A stretch of 64,000 nucleotides of DNA from an uncultured Candidatus Saccharibacteria bacterium (lineage in GTDB: Bacteria; Patescibacteriota; Saccharimonadia; Saccharimonadales; JAUPVS01), in NCBI GenBank assembly GCA_964410185.1, contig CAYPFM010000003.1:150119-214118 (forward strand), given 5' to 3'. How positions within the stretch are numbered: position 1 is the stretch's first letter; each line of letters starts with the position of its first letter. The position numbers were made by a program, and so were the translations under genes. Under the pieces are notes generated by a model. The model did no database searches. It saw nothing but the letters and a program-made list of their open reading frames with translations, and was not told the origin of the DNA. Of this stretch, positions 52,512 to 61,358 are shown piece by piece.

Positions 52512-54440
52512 CTACTTAATGGTGACCGGCAGATACTCAACACTCAGGCGGGCGTCGTCGCCAAGGCCAAAATATTCGTATGATGGCGTGGTGTTGCGGA
52601 AGATAAAGGCGTATAGCCACACGCGCATTCGATGGATATTACTAGCGCCTTCGGTATCTTGCAGGATACGTTCGCGGCCGGCGTAGATCAGCCAATCTTT
52701 CATGTCGTCATTCGGCGTTAGCTCATCGTTGTGGGCAATATCTTTAATTACCTGCTCAACATTTGGTTCTTCCATAAAGCCAAACTGGGCATGAATACTG
52801 ATGACGGAGCTGTCGGTTTTGCTGTCGTTTTCGAAGATAGAAAAGGTGTAGCGGTCGGTTTCGTCAACATACGGGTGGCGGCCCTGCGCAACTGTCAAAA
52901 CAATAAAGTGTTTGGGCACAGCGTTGAAGCGCTGCACAAACAGTTTGGCCAAGGGCGGTAACGGCGACGAGAGTTCGGTTGGATTATGAATCGTCATCAC
53001 CAGGACACTCCGCTCCAGCCGTGGTTTACTGTGGGCTACCTGGAGCAAGTCACGCATACTCATGGTAGAGTGGCCCAAAAAGGCGGTGTGGACGTGCTTT
53101 TTACCCCATTGCCAGGTGCGCATAATGACAAATAGGACGATACCGATGGCCACGGGAACAAAGCCACCCTTGAAGAACTTCAACATATTGGCAGTTAGGA
53201 ACATGGCATCAACCAGAGCGAAAGCCCCAAACACACCGTAGGCTGCTAACTTGGACCATTTCCAGACATAGATTGCCACTTGTGTCGCCGACACGGCCGT
53301 CACCAGCATTACGGCCGAAACAGCTAAGCCATAGGCGGCAGCCAGGTTGCTACTATTCTGAAAGGCCAGCACTAAGCTGACGCAGCCAGCAAACAATACC
53401 CAGTTAATCGTACCGAGATAAATTTGGCCGGAGTGCCCTTCGTGCGTTTGTTTAATCTTGAGCCGCGGTAGCAAACCCAAAGCCATACCCTGCGCGGTCA
53501 GCGAGAAACAGCCCGAAATCAGTGCCTGACTGGCGATCACTGTAGCCGCAGTCGCTAACAACACCATCGGCAACAACACCACGCGTGGCACCAAGCTAAA
53601 GAATAGGTTGTCGCCAACAATTTCTTGGCCGCTTAACAAGAAGGCTCCCTGCCCTAAGTAGCTCAACAACAAACAGGGCATAACCACGCTAAACCAACTC
53701 AAGCGAATTGGGCTGCGACCAAAATGCCCCATATCGGCGTACAAGGCTTCGCCACCGGTGACCACCAGCATAACGGAGCCGAGCGCCAAGAGGAGTGTGT
53801 ACGGCTTGGTCTGAACAATAAACCGAATTGCATGCACCGGGTTGAGAGCCTGCAGAATTGCTGGTGTCAGAATAATCTGTCGTAACCCAAGGGCAGCAAT
53901 GGCCACAAACCAAATCAGGATTATCGGCCCAAACACCTTACCGATCTTGGCAGTACCGTTTTTTTGGATGTAGAACAGGGTGGCCAGAATCGTGATAGTC
54001 AACGGGGTCACAAATTCCGTCAGCGACGGCGTGACAACCTTCAAGCCTTCTACGGCCGACAGCACACTAATAGCCGGCGTGATAACTCCGTCACCAAACA
54101 ACAGCCCGGCCGCAAAGGTCAGCAAAACGACCAGCCCGAGCGTGGTTTTGGTGCGATGTTCTTTGAGCAGTGATAGGAGCGCAAAAACACCTCCCTCACC
54201 CTCGTTATCAGCTCGCAAAATTAAAATCACGTACTTGAGCGCCACAATTAAAATTAGTGCCCAGACGACCACCGAGATGAGCCCAATGATGGCACTGGGT
54301 GAGATGTTTAGGTGGGCTTTGCCAAAAAAGACCTCGTTAATGGCGTACAGCGGTGAAGTTCCGATATCGCCATAAACAATCCCTAAAGCAGCCAGGGACA
54401 AACCAGCAAGCGCACCTCTTCTTCTGTGTGTTGTTTTCAT
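52512..54440 (-). CDS. kup: KUP-family potassium transporter
   Basis: GIVYGDIGTSPLYA N-terminal signature; 642 aa polytopic. Confidence 0.9.
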   Translation of the reverse strand: MKTTHRRRGALAGLSLAALGIVYGDIGTSPLYAINEVFFGKAHLNISPSAIIGLISVVVWALILIVALKYVILILRADNEGEGGVFALLSLLKEHRTKTTLGLVVLLTFAAGLLFGDGVITPAISVLSAVEGLKVVTPSLTEFVTPLTITILATLFYIQKNGTAKIGKVFGPIILIWFVAIAALGLRQIILTPAILQALNPVHAIRFIVQTKPYTLLLALGSVMLVVTGGEALYADMGHFGRSPIRLSWFSVVMPCLLLSYLGQGAFLLSGQEIVGDNLFFSLVPRVVLLPMVLLATAATVIASQALISGCFSLTAQGMALGLLPRLKIKQTHEGHSGQIYLGTINWVLFAGCVSLVLAFQNSSNLAAAYGLAVSAVMLVTAVSATQVAIYVWKWSKLAAYGVFGAFALVDAMFLTANMLKFFKGGFVPVAIGIVLFVIMRTWQWGKKHVHTAFLGHSTMSMRDLLQVAHSKPRLERSVLVMTIHNPTELSSPLPPLAKLFVQRFNAVPKHFIVLTVAQGRHPYVDETDRYTFSIFENDSKTDSSVISIHAQFGFMEEPNVEQVIKDIAHNDELTPNDDMKDWLIYAGRERILQDTEGASNIHRMRVWLYAFIFRNTTPSYEYFGLGDDARLSVEYLPVTIK

Positions 54441-54529
54441 TCTTTGTAGTTTTTTGAACTGATTACTCCCAAAGATACCATGTCCGCGCCCCTGGGGTCA
54501 ACAGAGACAAATACGAATTATGTAGTACC

Positions 54530-55435
54530 ATGGTAGGAGTGAAAAATAATCTTTGGAGAATTATTGGACTCATCGGCACCATCGGGTGCGTACTCCTGTT
54601 TGTGCGTCAGCCCAGTTGGCCGACACCAGATAAAATCATCGTCTTTTTGACCTTTGTTTTTATGATGTTCGCCCAAGCCAAAGAGATGCTCAAGCACCTG
54701 CTGCCGTTTGTGGCGCTCCTCTTGGTTTATGAATCATTCCGCGGTCTCGTCCCTCACTTAAATACCCACGTTAACTATATGTGGATGGTTGGCGCCGATA
54801 AGTTCCTGTTTGGTGGTACTTTGCCGACCGTAACGCTACAGCAATGGTGGTGGCACGGCACTGTCGTCTGGTTTGATTTTGTGTTTTACCTCGCCTACAT
54901 GCTGCATTTTATTTTGCCGATCGGCCTCGCGCTATTGATCTGGAAGTACCGTGAAAAGGCCTACTGGCAATACATCAGCACCTATTTACTGGTTTCGTTT
55001 ATGGGTTTTGTGACGTTCTTGCTCTTCCCGGCCGCCCCACCTTGGTTGGCTTCGGATAAACAACTGCTCCCCCACATTAGTCGTGTCTCAACCAGTATTT
55101 TCCAAGCCCTGGGCGTTCAGGACTTCCCGTCGGTCTACAACAAAATATCCCCCAACCCAGTGGCGGCTGTTCCATCGTTGCATGCCGCCTACGCCACACT
55201 GTTAGTGCTCTTTACCTATAAGTTATTTGGCAAGAAGTGGGCACTGGTCGCCTGTATCTATCCATTCCTCATCTTTGTCGGCACCGTCTACATGGGCGAG
55301 CACTATGCCATTGACGAGATTCTCGGTTTTGCCTACGCGGTTGTTGCCTTCTTTCTGGTGGCCACCATATTCCACAACACCAGATTGCACAATTTGGTCC
55401 GTGGCTACTGGCAAGCTCAACGTCAACTCTGGTAA
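54530..55435 (+). CDS. PAP2_C-type membrane phosphatase/phosphotransferase
   Basis: VPSLHAAYA and GEHYAIDEILG motifs. Confidence 0.6.
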   Translation: MVGVKNNLWRIIGLIGTIGCVLLFVRQPSWPTPDKIIVFLTFVFMMFAQAKEMLKHLLPFVALLLVYESFRGLVPHLNTHVNYMWMVGADKFLFGGTLPTVTLQQWWWHGTVVWFDFVFYLAYMLHFILPIGLALLIWKYREKAYWQYISTYLLVSFMGFVTFLLFPAAPPWLASDKQLLPHISRVSTSIFQALGVQDFPSVYNKISPNPVAAVPSLHAAYATLLVLFTYKLFGKKWALVACIYPFLIFVGTVYMGEHYAIDEILGFAYAVVAFFLVATIFHNTRLHNLVRGYWQAQRQLW

Positions 55436-55447
55436 ACTATCTGTATT

Positions 55448-56350
55448 ATGCCAGTGCCAGCCGTTAGTTTTGACCACGTCAGTAAAAAGTATGGTTCAAG
55501 CCGTGGGGTACAAGAACTAAACTTTGATGTGGCTCAGGGTCAAATCTTTGGCTTCTTGGGACCCAATGGTGCCGGCAAAACCACGACCATCCGCATGATG
55601 CTGGACTTCATCCATGTGAGTAGCGGAAGCATTAAGGTGCTGGGGCTCGATAGCAAAAAGGATGCGGTCTCGATTCACAAGCGCGTCGGTTACCTGAGTG
55701 GTGACATGGAAATGGACCGCCGTCTGACTGGGCGCCAATACCTCGAATACGTCGCGCACTTGCGTGGCAATGTACCCTGGAGCACCATCCAAAAATTGAT
55801 TGAACGGTTAGACTGCCAGACCGACAAAAAGATTGCCTATCTATCACGTGGCAATAAGCAAAAGATTGGCCTGGTAGCTGCGCTGATGCATAATCCCGAC
55901 TTACTGATCCTTGATGAACCAACGAGCGGCCTCGATCCGTTAATCCAAGCTGAATTCCAGAATATTATCAAAGAGCATCGGGCCCAGGGTAAAACCGCCT
56001 TTATCTCTTCTCACGTACTCAGCGAGATTGAGCAAATCTGTGATCACATCGGCTTTATTCGTGAAGGCTTACTCGTTGATGTCCAGCCATTAAAAGTGTT
56101 GCAACAAAAGGCCTTACGCAAAGTTCGCGTAGCGTTGACGAAAGCACAGCCGTCGGCTCTTAAGGATGTTAAGGGATTGCACAACCTACGCGTCAGCGGC
56201 AAACACGTCAGTTGTGATGTTACCGAAAACTTCACCGGCCTTCTGAAGGCGCTGGCCAAACTACCGGTCAAAGACATTGTTATCGAAGAGGCAAGCCTCG
56301 ATGACATGTTCATGCACTATTATCAGAGTACGGAGCAAACCGATGCTTAG
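55448..56350 (+). CDS. ABC transporter ATP-binding protein
   Basis: Walker A GPNGAGKTT, signature LSRGNKQK, Walker B LILDEPTSGLD. Confidence 0.9.
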   Translation: MPVPAVSFDHVSKKYGSSRGVQELNFDVAQGQIFGFLGPNGAGKTTTIRMMLDFIHVSSGSIKVLGLDSKKDAVSIHKRVGYLSGDMEMDRRLTGRQYLEYVAHLRGNVPWSTIQKLIERLDCQTDKKIAYLSRGNKQKIGLVAALMHNPDLLILDEPTSGLDPLIQAEFQNIIKEHRAQGKTAFISSHVLSEIEQICDHIGFIREGLLVDVQPLKVLQQKALRKVRVALTKAQPSALKDVKGLHNLRVSGKHVSCDVTENFTGLLKALAKLPVKDIVIEEASLDDMFMHYYQSTEQTDA

Positions 56351-57140
56351 TAGCATTTTTGGTAAAACCTTCTACGAAAAGCGCTGGACCATCGCCGCCT
56401 GGGCCTTGGGCTTATTTGCGATGACCTTCTTTACGATGATTTTCTACCCCTATCTAAAGAACAGTGGTTTTGAAGAAGTCGTTGCCAACGCGCCAAAATC
56501 GCTACAAAACCTGCTTGGCAATGCGGCTAACTACAAGACCGTGGTTGGCTATGTTGACCAGCAGATTTTCGCCCTACGGCTGCCGATGATGGGTATGATT
56601 ATGGCTATCACGATTTTTGTGGGTATTGGCGTTGGTGACGAAGATCGGGGTACCTTGGAAACATTACTTGCCCTGCCAGTTTCGCGCACCAAGGCCTTTT
56701 GGCAGAAGTTTGCGGCTGGTGCCGCACTAACCGCTGCGGCTTCGGTTGGTATTTTTATCGGCGTGGCGGCCAGCTTTCCGGTCATTCACGGCTCCATGAA
56801 CTACTGGAATCTCGCCCAGGCGACGTTTGGTTGTTGGTTGATTAGTTTGGCGTTTGGCACGCTGGCTTATGCACTTGGCGCCGCCACCGGCAAACGTGGT
56901 CTGACCATCGGCATCACCAGTGGCGTGGCTTTCATTAGCTACATGGTCAGCTCATTAGCACCGGCCGTCGACAAACTCAGTGTCGCCCAAAAGTTCACAC
57001 CGTTCTACTACTACAATATTCCCGCCATTGCCCAGCACGGACTCAAGGCCACCAACTTACTGGTACTGGGCGGTAGCATCGCGCTCATGTTGCTACTAAG
57101 CCTACTCTTCTTCCGCAACCGCGACCTCGTCCGCGACTAG
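56343..57140 (+). CDS. ABC-2-type permease
   Basis: Start moved to MLSSIFGKTF (8-nt overlap with the ATPase gene); six TM helices. Confidence 0.6.
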   Translation: MLSSIFGKTFYEKRWTIAAWALGLFAMTFFTMIFYPYLKNSGFEEVVANAPKSLQNLLGNAANYKTVVGYVDQQIFALRLPMMGMIMAITIFVGIGVGDEDRGTLETLLALPVSRTKAFWQKFAAGAALTAAASVGIFIGVAASFPVIHGSMNYWNLAQATFGCWLISLAFGTLAYALGAATGKRGLTIGITSGVAFISYMVSSLAPAVDKLSVAQKFTPFYYYNIPAIAQHGLKATNLLVLGGSIALMLLLSLLFFRNRDLVRD

Positions 57141-57784
57141 TTCTGCGTGTTACGAGCCTGCCACTTGGCAATTTCGCCATGATGGCCACTCAACAAAACA
57201 TCAGGCACTTTTTTACCCCGAAACTCTTCGGGTCGCGTGTACTGCGGATGTTCAATCGATTGGTCATCGGCCTGGAATGATTCTTTCTCGGCCGACAGCT
57301 CACCGCCCAAAACGCCCGGCAGCAGCCGGACAACACTGTCGGCAATAATCATAGCGGGCAGCTCACCACCTGTTAAGACGTAGTTGCCGACGCAAAACTG
57401 TTGGTCGATGTAGTCGACAATACGCTCGTCATAGCCCTCATAGCGCGAGCAGACAAAGATCAAATCCTGGTTTTTAGCTGCCAGTGCCTTGGCGTGAGAC
57501 TGCTTATAGATCTCCCCCCGTGGGGTTGGCAAAATTACCAGCGCCTCTGGACAAACCGATTTGGCGTGCTCGATAGCAGCCACCAGTGGCTCTGGCTTCA
57601 GGACCATACCATCGCCGCCGCCGTACGGCGTATCATCAACCTGTTTACGGGGGCCAAGACCAAAATCACGTAGGTTGATGTAACTAAATTCAACCGCGCC
57701 AATATCCTGGGCTTTGTGCAACATGCTGGCGTTCAGTGCCCCAGGAAACATCTCTGGAAACAGGCTAATAATTTGGATTTTCAT
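57137..57784 (-). CDS. trmD: tRNA (guanine37-N1)-methyltransferase
   Basis: MKIQIISLFPEMFPG; YGGGDGMVL; GNYVLTGGELPA. Confidence 0.9.
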   Translation of the reverse strand: MKIQIISLFPEMFPGALNASMLHKAQDIGAVEFSYINLRDFGLGPRKQVDDTPYGGGDGMVLKPEPLVAAIEHAKSVCPEALVILPTPRGEIYKQSHAKALAAKNQDLIFVCSRYEGYDERIVDYIDQQFCVGNYVLTGGELPAMIIADSVVRLLPGVLGGELSAEKESFQADDQSIEHPQYTRPEEFRGKKVPDVLLSGHHGEIAKWQARNTQN

Positions 57785-57793
57785 AACGAGGGG

Positions 57794-58228
57794 CTAGAGG
57801 TCTAGGTCGTCAAGGTCAGCCAACTCTTTACGAGTCTTGCTCAAATTGCTGCTTTCTTCTGGTTCATCCGCTTCAACAGCTGGCTCTTCTTCGGTAGCAA
57901 CTTCGGTCTTGCGACGATCTTCGCGGTCTTGACGAGGTTTCTCATCAGCATCTGATTCACTGCGCTCTGGCTTGCCAACACCGTTATCGACAATCTTTAG
58001 GTTATAGCGCGCGTCATTCTTGGTGCCAAGAGCACGCAACAGCGTGCGCAGACTCTGCGCGGTAGCGCCACGCTTACCAATAACACGGCCGAGGTCTTCT
58101 GGATCAACGGTAAGCTCCAAGAGCACGCCCTTCTCGTCAACACTACGGTCGACTTTAACGGCGTCTGGGTTGCTGACCAGCGACTTTACGATGTAATCAA
58201 TGAATTGTTCGTCGATGCTGCTACTCAT
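57794..58228 (-). CDS. KH-domain RNA-binding protein with an acidic C-terminal tail
   Basis: DLGRVIGKRGATAQSLRTLL (KH GxxG); about 65-aa Asp/Glu-rich extension. Confidence 0.8.
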   Translation of the reverse strand: MSSSIDEQFIDYIVKSLVSNPDAVKVDRSVDEKGVLLELTVDPEDLGRVIGKRGATAQSLRTLLRALGTKNDARYNLKIVDNGVGKPERSESDADEKPRQDREDRRKTEVATEEEPAVEADEPEESSNLSKTRKELADLDDLDL

Positions 58229-58296
58229 GTATAGAAAGCCTCCATTACGTGACCTATATAGTATACCGCACTAAGCAAGCCGAGTATCGCGAGATA

Positions 58297-58704
58297 TTAC
58301 GCTTCTTCAGCAACCGGTTCAGCAGCTGCTTCTTCGGCAGGAGCCTCAGCTGGTTCTTCAGCCCTAGGCTCTTCAACAGGAGTTTCTTCTTTTGGTTGGT
58401 TCTTGCGTAGCTTTTCGGCGTTACGCAAAGCACCCTTTTTGTTTGATTCCAAAACTACCCAGCTTGGTAGTTTGACGCCTTCGTTCTTGAGAAGACGAGC
58501 CACGCGGTCCGATGGACGAGCGCCATTTTTTAAGTATAGCTCAGCTTTTTCCTTATCAACGGTAAGGGTTTTGCTGTGCGGGTCATAGCTACCGAGTTGG
58601 GCGACAAAGCGTCCACTGGTAGGGGTCCGCCGCGAGTCCTGGACAACCATCCGGAACATCGCATGGCCTTTGCGGCCAGTTCGTTGCAAACGAATTGCTA
58701 ACAT
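58297..58704 (-). CDS. rpsP: 30S ribosomal protein S16 with an Ala/Glu/Pro-rich C-terminal extension
   Basis: MLAIRLQRTGRKGHAMFRMVVQDSRR...GSYDP. Confidence 0.9.
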   Translation of the reverse strand: MLAIRLQRTGRKGHAMFRMVVQDSRRTPTSGRFVAQLGSYDPHSKTLTVDKEKAELYLKNGARPSDRVARLLKNEGVKLPSWVVLESNKKGALRNAEKLRKNQPKEETPVEEPRAEEPAEAPAEEAAAEPVAEEA

Positions 58705-58815
58705 AAATGTTATCTCTTTCTACTTAATTACTATCAACTGCCTATTTTACAGATAACGACCTCTGTTGTCAAATATAGTTTTTACCGTTCGGCTCGTCAC
58801 CTACATGTCGTTGGC

Positions 58816-58947
58816 CCTGCTATGGTTTTTGGAGCATGACTTAACGAGTTTTTAAGAATTCAGATTAACTAAGTTAAGAACATTCTGAAGTTATTTAATC
58901 TGAATTCTTACCTTTTGGTTAAGTGGTGCTCCAAAAACCATAGCAGG
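58816..58947. repeat. 132-nt near-perfect long inverted repeat (43 bp paired)
   Basis: Arms CCTGCTATGGTTTTTGGAGCA (21 bp), ACTTAAC (7 bp), AAGAATTCAGATTAA (15 bp) and their exact complements. Confidence 0.85.
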
Positions 58948-58982
58948 CAAAAACAAACGAGTAGAGGCCGATAGCCACCAGC

Positions 58983-59681
58983 CTACTGCTGGTAGGCTTC
59001 GAGAGCCTTGGTGGCGGCCGCTTGCTGGCCAGCTTGCTTCGATGGGCCAGTACCTGTTCCACGTAGTGTGCCGCCGATGTAGACACCAACCGTAAAGACC
59101 TTGTCGTGGTCGGGGCCTTCTTCGCTAATAACCTTGTAAACGGGTGTTTTGCTTTCGCGGCTTTGAGCCTGCTCTTGTAGGCTCGATTTGGGATCCATCC
59201 AGGAGCCGGTCTTCAGAATCTCTTCGAAGGTAATTAATAGGCTGTTCTCGATGAATTTCTTAGCCACGTCGTAGCCTTGGTCAAGATAGATGGCGCCTAA
59301 CACCGCTTCGTAGCTGTTGGCCAAAATCTGGTCACGGGCGCGTTCGGTGCCACGTTTTTCACCACGGCTCAGACGCAGCATTGGCTCAAAGCCAGAGCGC
59401 TTGGCAGCAGCACCGATGCTTTCGGTGCGAACCAGGGCGCTACGCCAGTTGGTCAAGATGCCTTCCGGCTCACTGAAGTGACTGTACAAGAATTGAGTTA
59501 CCACCAGTTCAAGGACGGCGTCGCCAAGAAATTCCATGCGTTCGTTGTGCGCTTGGGCGGTTTTTTTGTGCTCGTTCACATAGGAACGGTGCGTGAAAGC
59601 GGTCATCAACAACTCGATGTCGTTAAAGGTCACACCGAGCGTCTCTTGAGCAAATTTTTGGTATGAGTTAGAGTCCTGCAT
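58983..59681 (-). CDS. rnc: ribonuclease III
   Basis: NERMEFLGDAVLELVV signature plus a C-terminal dsRBD. Confidence 0.9.
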   Translation of the reverse strand: MQDSNSYQKFAQETLGVTFNDIELLMTAFTHRSYVNEHKKTAQAHNERMEFLGDAVLELVVTQFLYSHFSEPEGILTNWRSALVRTESIGAAAKRSGFEPMLRLSRGEKRGTERARDQILANSYEAVLGAIYLDQGYDVAKKFIENSLLITFEEILKTGSWMDPKSSLQEQAQSRESKTPVYKVISEEGPDHDKVFTVGVYIGGTLRGTGTGPSKQAGQQAAATKALEAYQQ

Positions 59682-60168
59682 CTCGTATCTTCTTTAGGGC
59701 GATTAGTATGATTTTACCGATGTCTTCGTACTCGATTTTATCAAGGGCTTCGTTGGTTGAGAACCACTTAATGCCATTCATCCAGTCTTCGGGCACGATT
59801 TTATTTGTGTCGCCAAGGGCCTGGACGAGGAAGATTTCGGTGGTCATCAGCACCAGGCTCTGCTGGCGACGATAGCGGAAGTTGATCTTGCCGAGCCAGT
59901 TCAGAACTTTGACGTCCATCAGGCCGGTTTCTTCGCCAATTTCGCGCTGGGCGCAGTCTTTGGCGGTCTCACCTTCTTCGATGTGACCCTTGGGGATGGT
60001 CCAGCGATCTTTGGCGTCTTGAATCAGCAGGATTTCGAGCTGCTTTTGGGGATTGCGGCGAAAGACAATGCCACCAGCGGTTGGTTCGCGGACGACTTCT
60101 TTGATTGTCGGCCGATGCTGGCTGACAAATTGCTTAAAGCCTTTAATTGGTTTTGGTCGATTGGCCAT
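59668..60168 (-). CDS. NUDIX hydrolase
   Basis: Nudix box GHIEEGETAKDCAQREIGEETGL. Confidence 0.8.
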   Translation of the reverse strand: MANRPKPIKGFKQFVSQHRPTIKEVVREPTAGGIVFRRNPQKQLEILLIQDAKDRWTIPKGHIEEGETAKDCAQREIGEETGLMDVKVLNWLGKINFRYRRQQSLVLMTTEIFLVQALGDTNKIVPEDWMNGIKWFSTNEALDKIEYEDIGKIILIALKKIRDAGL

Positions 60169-60170
60169 AA

Positions 60171-60608
60171 TTATTGTGCCTTTTCTTCTTGGTTGCGCAG
60201 CACTGTGCCGAGGACGCCATTCACAAATTTCGAGGAGTTCTCGCCACCAAAGGCTTTCGCCAGCTCAACGGCTTCGTTGATAACAACCTTGGGGGGTACG
60301 GACGGTTCGTGGAGGAGTTCGTAGAGACCAAGTCGTAGAACAAGGCGGTCCATGCGGGCAATCTGGTCGATTGGCCATTCAGGAGCGACTGGTTGGAGAG
60401 CGGCATCAAGATCGGATTGCTCCTGGATAACACCTTTGACCAGCTTGGTAATAAAGTCCTGGTCATCAATATTATCCTTGTAACGGTGGATGTTCCGTTC
60501 CAGAATCTCATCAACATCTAGGTTGGTGTCGTTGCAAGACAAACGGAACTCATACTCGTAGAGCGTTTGCAGTGCGACGATTCGACCTAGGTGACGATTT
60601 GATGCCAT
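60171..60608 (-). CDS. nusB: transcription antitermination factor NusB
   Basis: 145 aa; RIVALQTLYEYEF and VVINEAVELAKAFGG patterns. Confidence 0.85.
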   Translation of the reverse strand: MASNRHLGRIVALQTLYEYEFRLSCNDTNLDVDEILERNIHRYKDNIDDQDFITKLVKGVIQEQSDLDAALQPVAPEWPIDQIARMDRLVLRLGLYELLHEPSVPPKVVINEAVELAKAFGGENSSKFVNGVLGTVLRNQEEKAQ

Positions 60609-60681
60609 ATTGTTAAGTTCCTCTTAGTCGGATATTGCCAGGAAACTGGCTTTATTATAACCGATTATTGCGCTGATGCGC

Positions 60682-60825
60682 TTACGCTTTTTTGCCGAAC
60701 TCTTTGCGAGTTGTGAACGCCTTGACTGGCGATTTGGCATTTACCTTACGAGCGAGCTTAACCACCAAGTGGCTGCGGCGGGTGCCGGTTCGGCGGGGGC
60801 TGGTTCGTTTTTTGGGCTTACCCAT
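60682..60825 (-). CDS. rpmF: 50S ribosomal protein L32
   Basis: Start moved to MGKPKKRTSPRRTGTRRSH behind an AAAGGAG RBS; 47 aa. Confidence 0.75.
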   Translation of the reverse strand: MGKPKKRTSPRRTGTRRSHLVVKLARKVNAKSPVKAFTTRKEFGKKA

Positions 60826-60950
60826 AAGAAAGACTACTCCTTTTAACTGAATGTTATCTGATAAACTTGAGGCTATTATAGCGCAAAAACACCTTGAACA
60901 CAACCGTACTTATTGACAATTTGCTATTTTAGTTATATAATGTCGCTACT

Positions 60951-61358
60951 ATGGCCTTCGAGCACTCCCCACTGGTGACGTATGCCCTCGAAAACGGAAT
61001 GAACCCCGGGGCTACTGCAATGACCGAAGAAATCAACGCCCAAGCCGACCGCGTTAACCAAGTCATGAGTCAACTAGAGGATGGCAGCTACCAGTATCCC
61101 GAAACGTTTAGCCCAAACTTTAAGCGTGTAGCTGTTGCCGTTGCCGCAGGGATGATAACGGTTGGCAGCTTTACTGGGGTCTACAAGCTGGCTACCTACG
61201 ATGCCGTTCGCCCAGCGACCGGTCCGTACTGCCCGGCTGAAGCCTACGGTCAAACGCCGCCGGTTACCCAGGCAATGGACAAGTCCCAGGCCTACCAGGC
61301 ATACATTAGTGGCATGACGTCACGCAACGCCGCAGCCAACATCATTATTACCTGCTAG
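60951..61358 (+). CDS. hypothetical protein with one TM segment
   Basis: 135-aa ORF; VAVAVAAGMITVGSFTGVY helix. Confidence 0.4.
   Translation: MAFEHSPLVTYALENGMNPGATAMTEEINAQADRVNQVMSQLEDGSYQYPETFSPNFKRVAVAVAAGMITVGSFTGVYKLATYDAVRPATGPYCPAEAYGQTPPVTQAMDKSQAYQAYISGMTSRNAAANIIITC

Noticed and set aside
52295-52686. ORFs 52295-52486 (+) and 52477-52686 (+)
   Set aside because: The first reads across the tRNA-Gln gene and its terminator. The second is antisense to the 3' end of kup.
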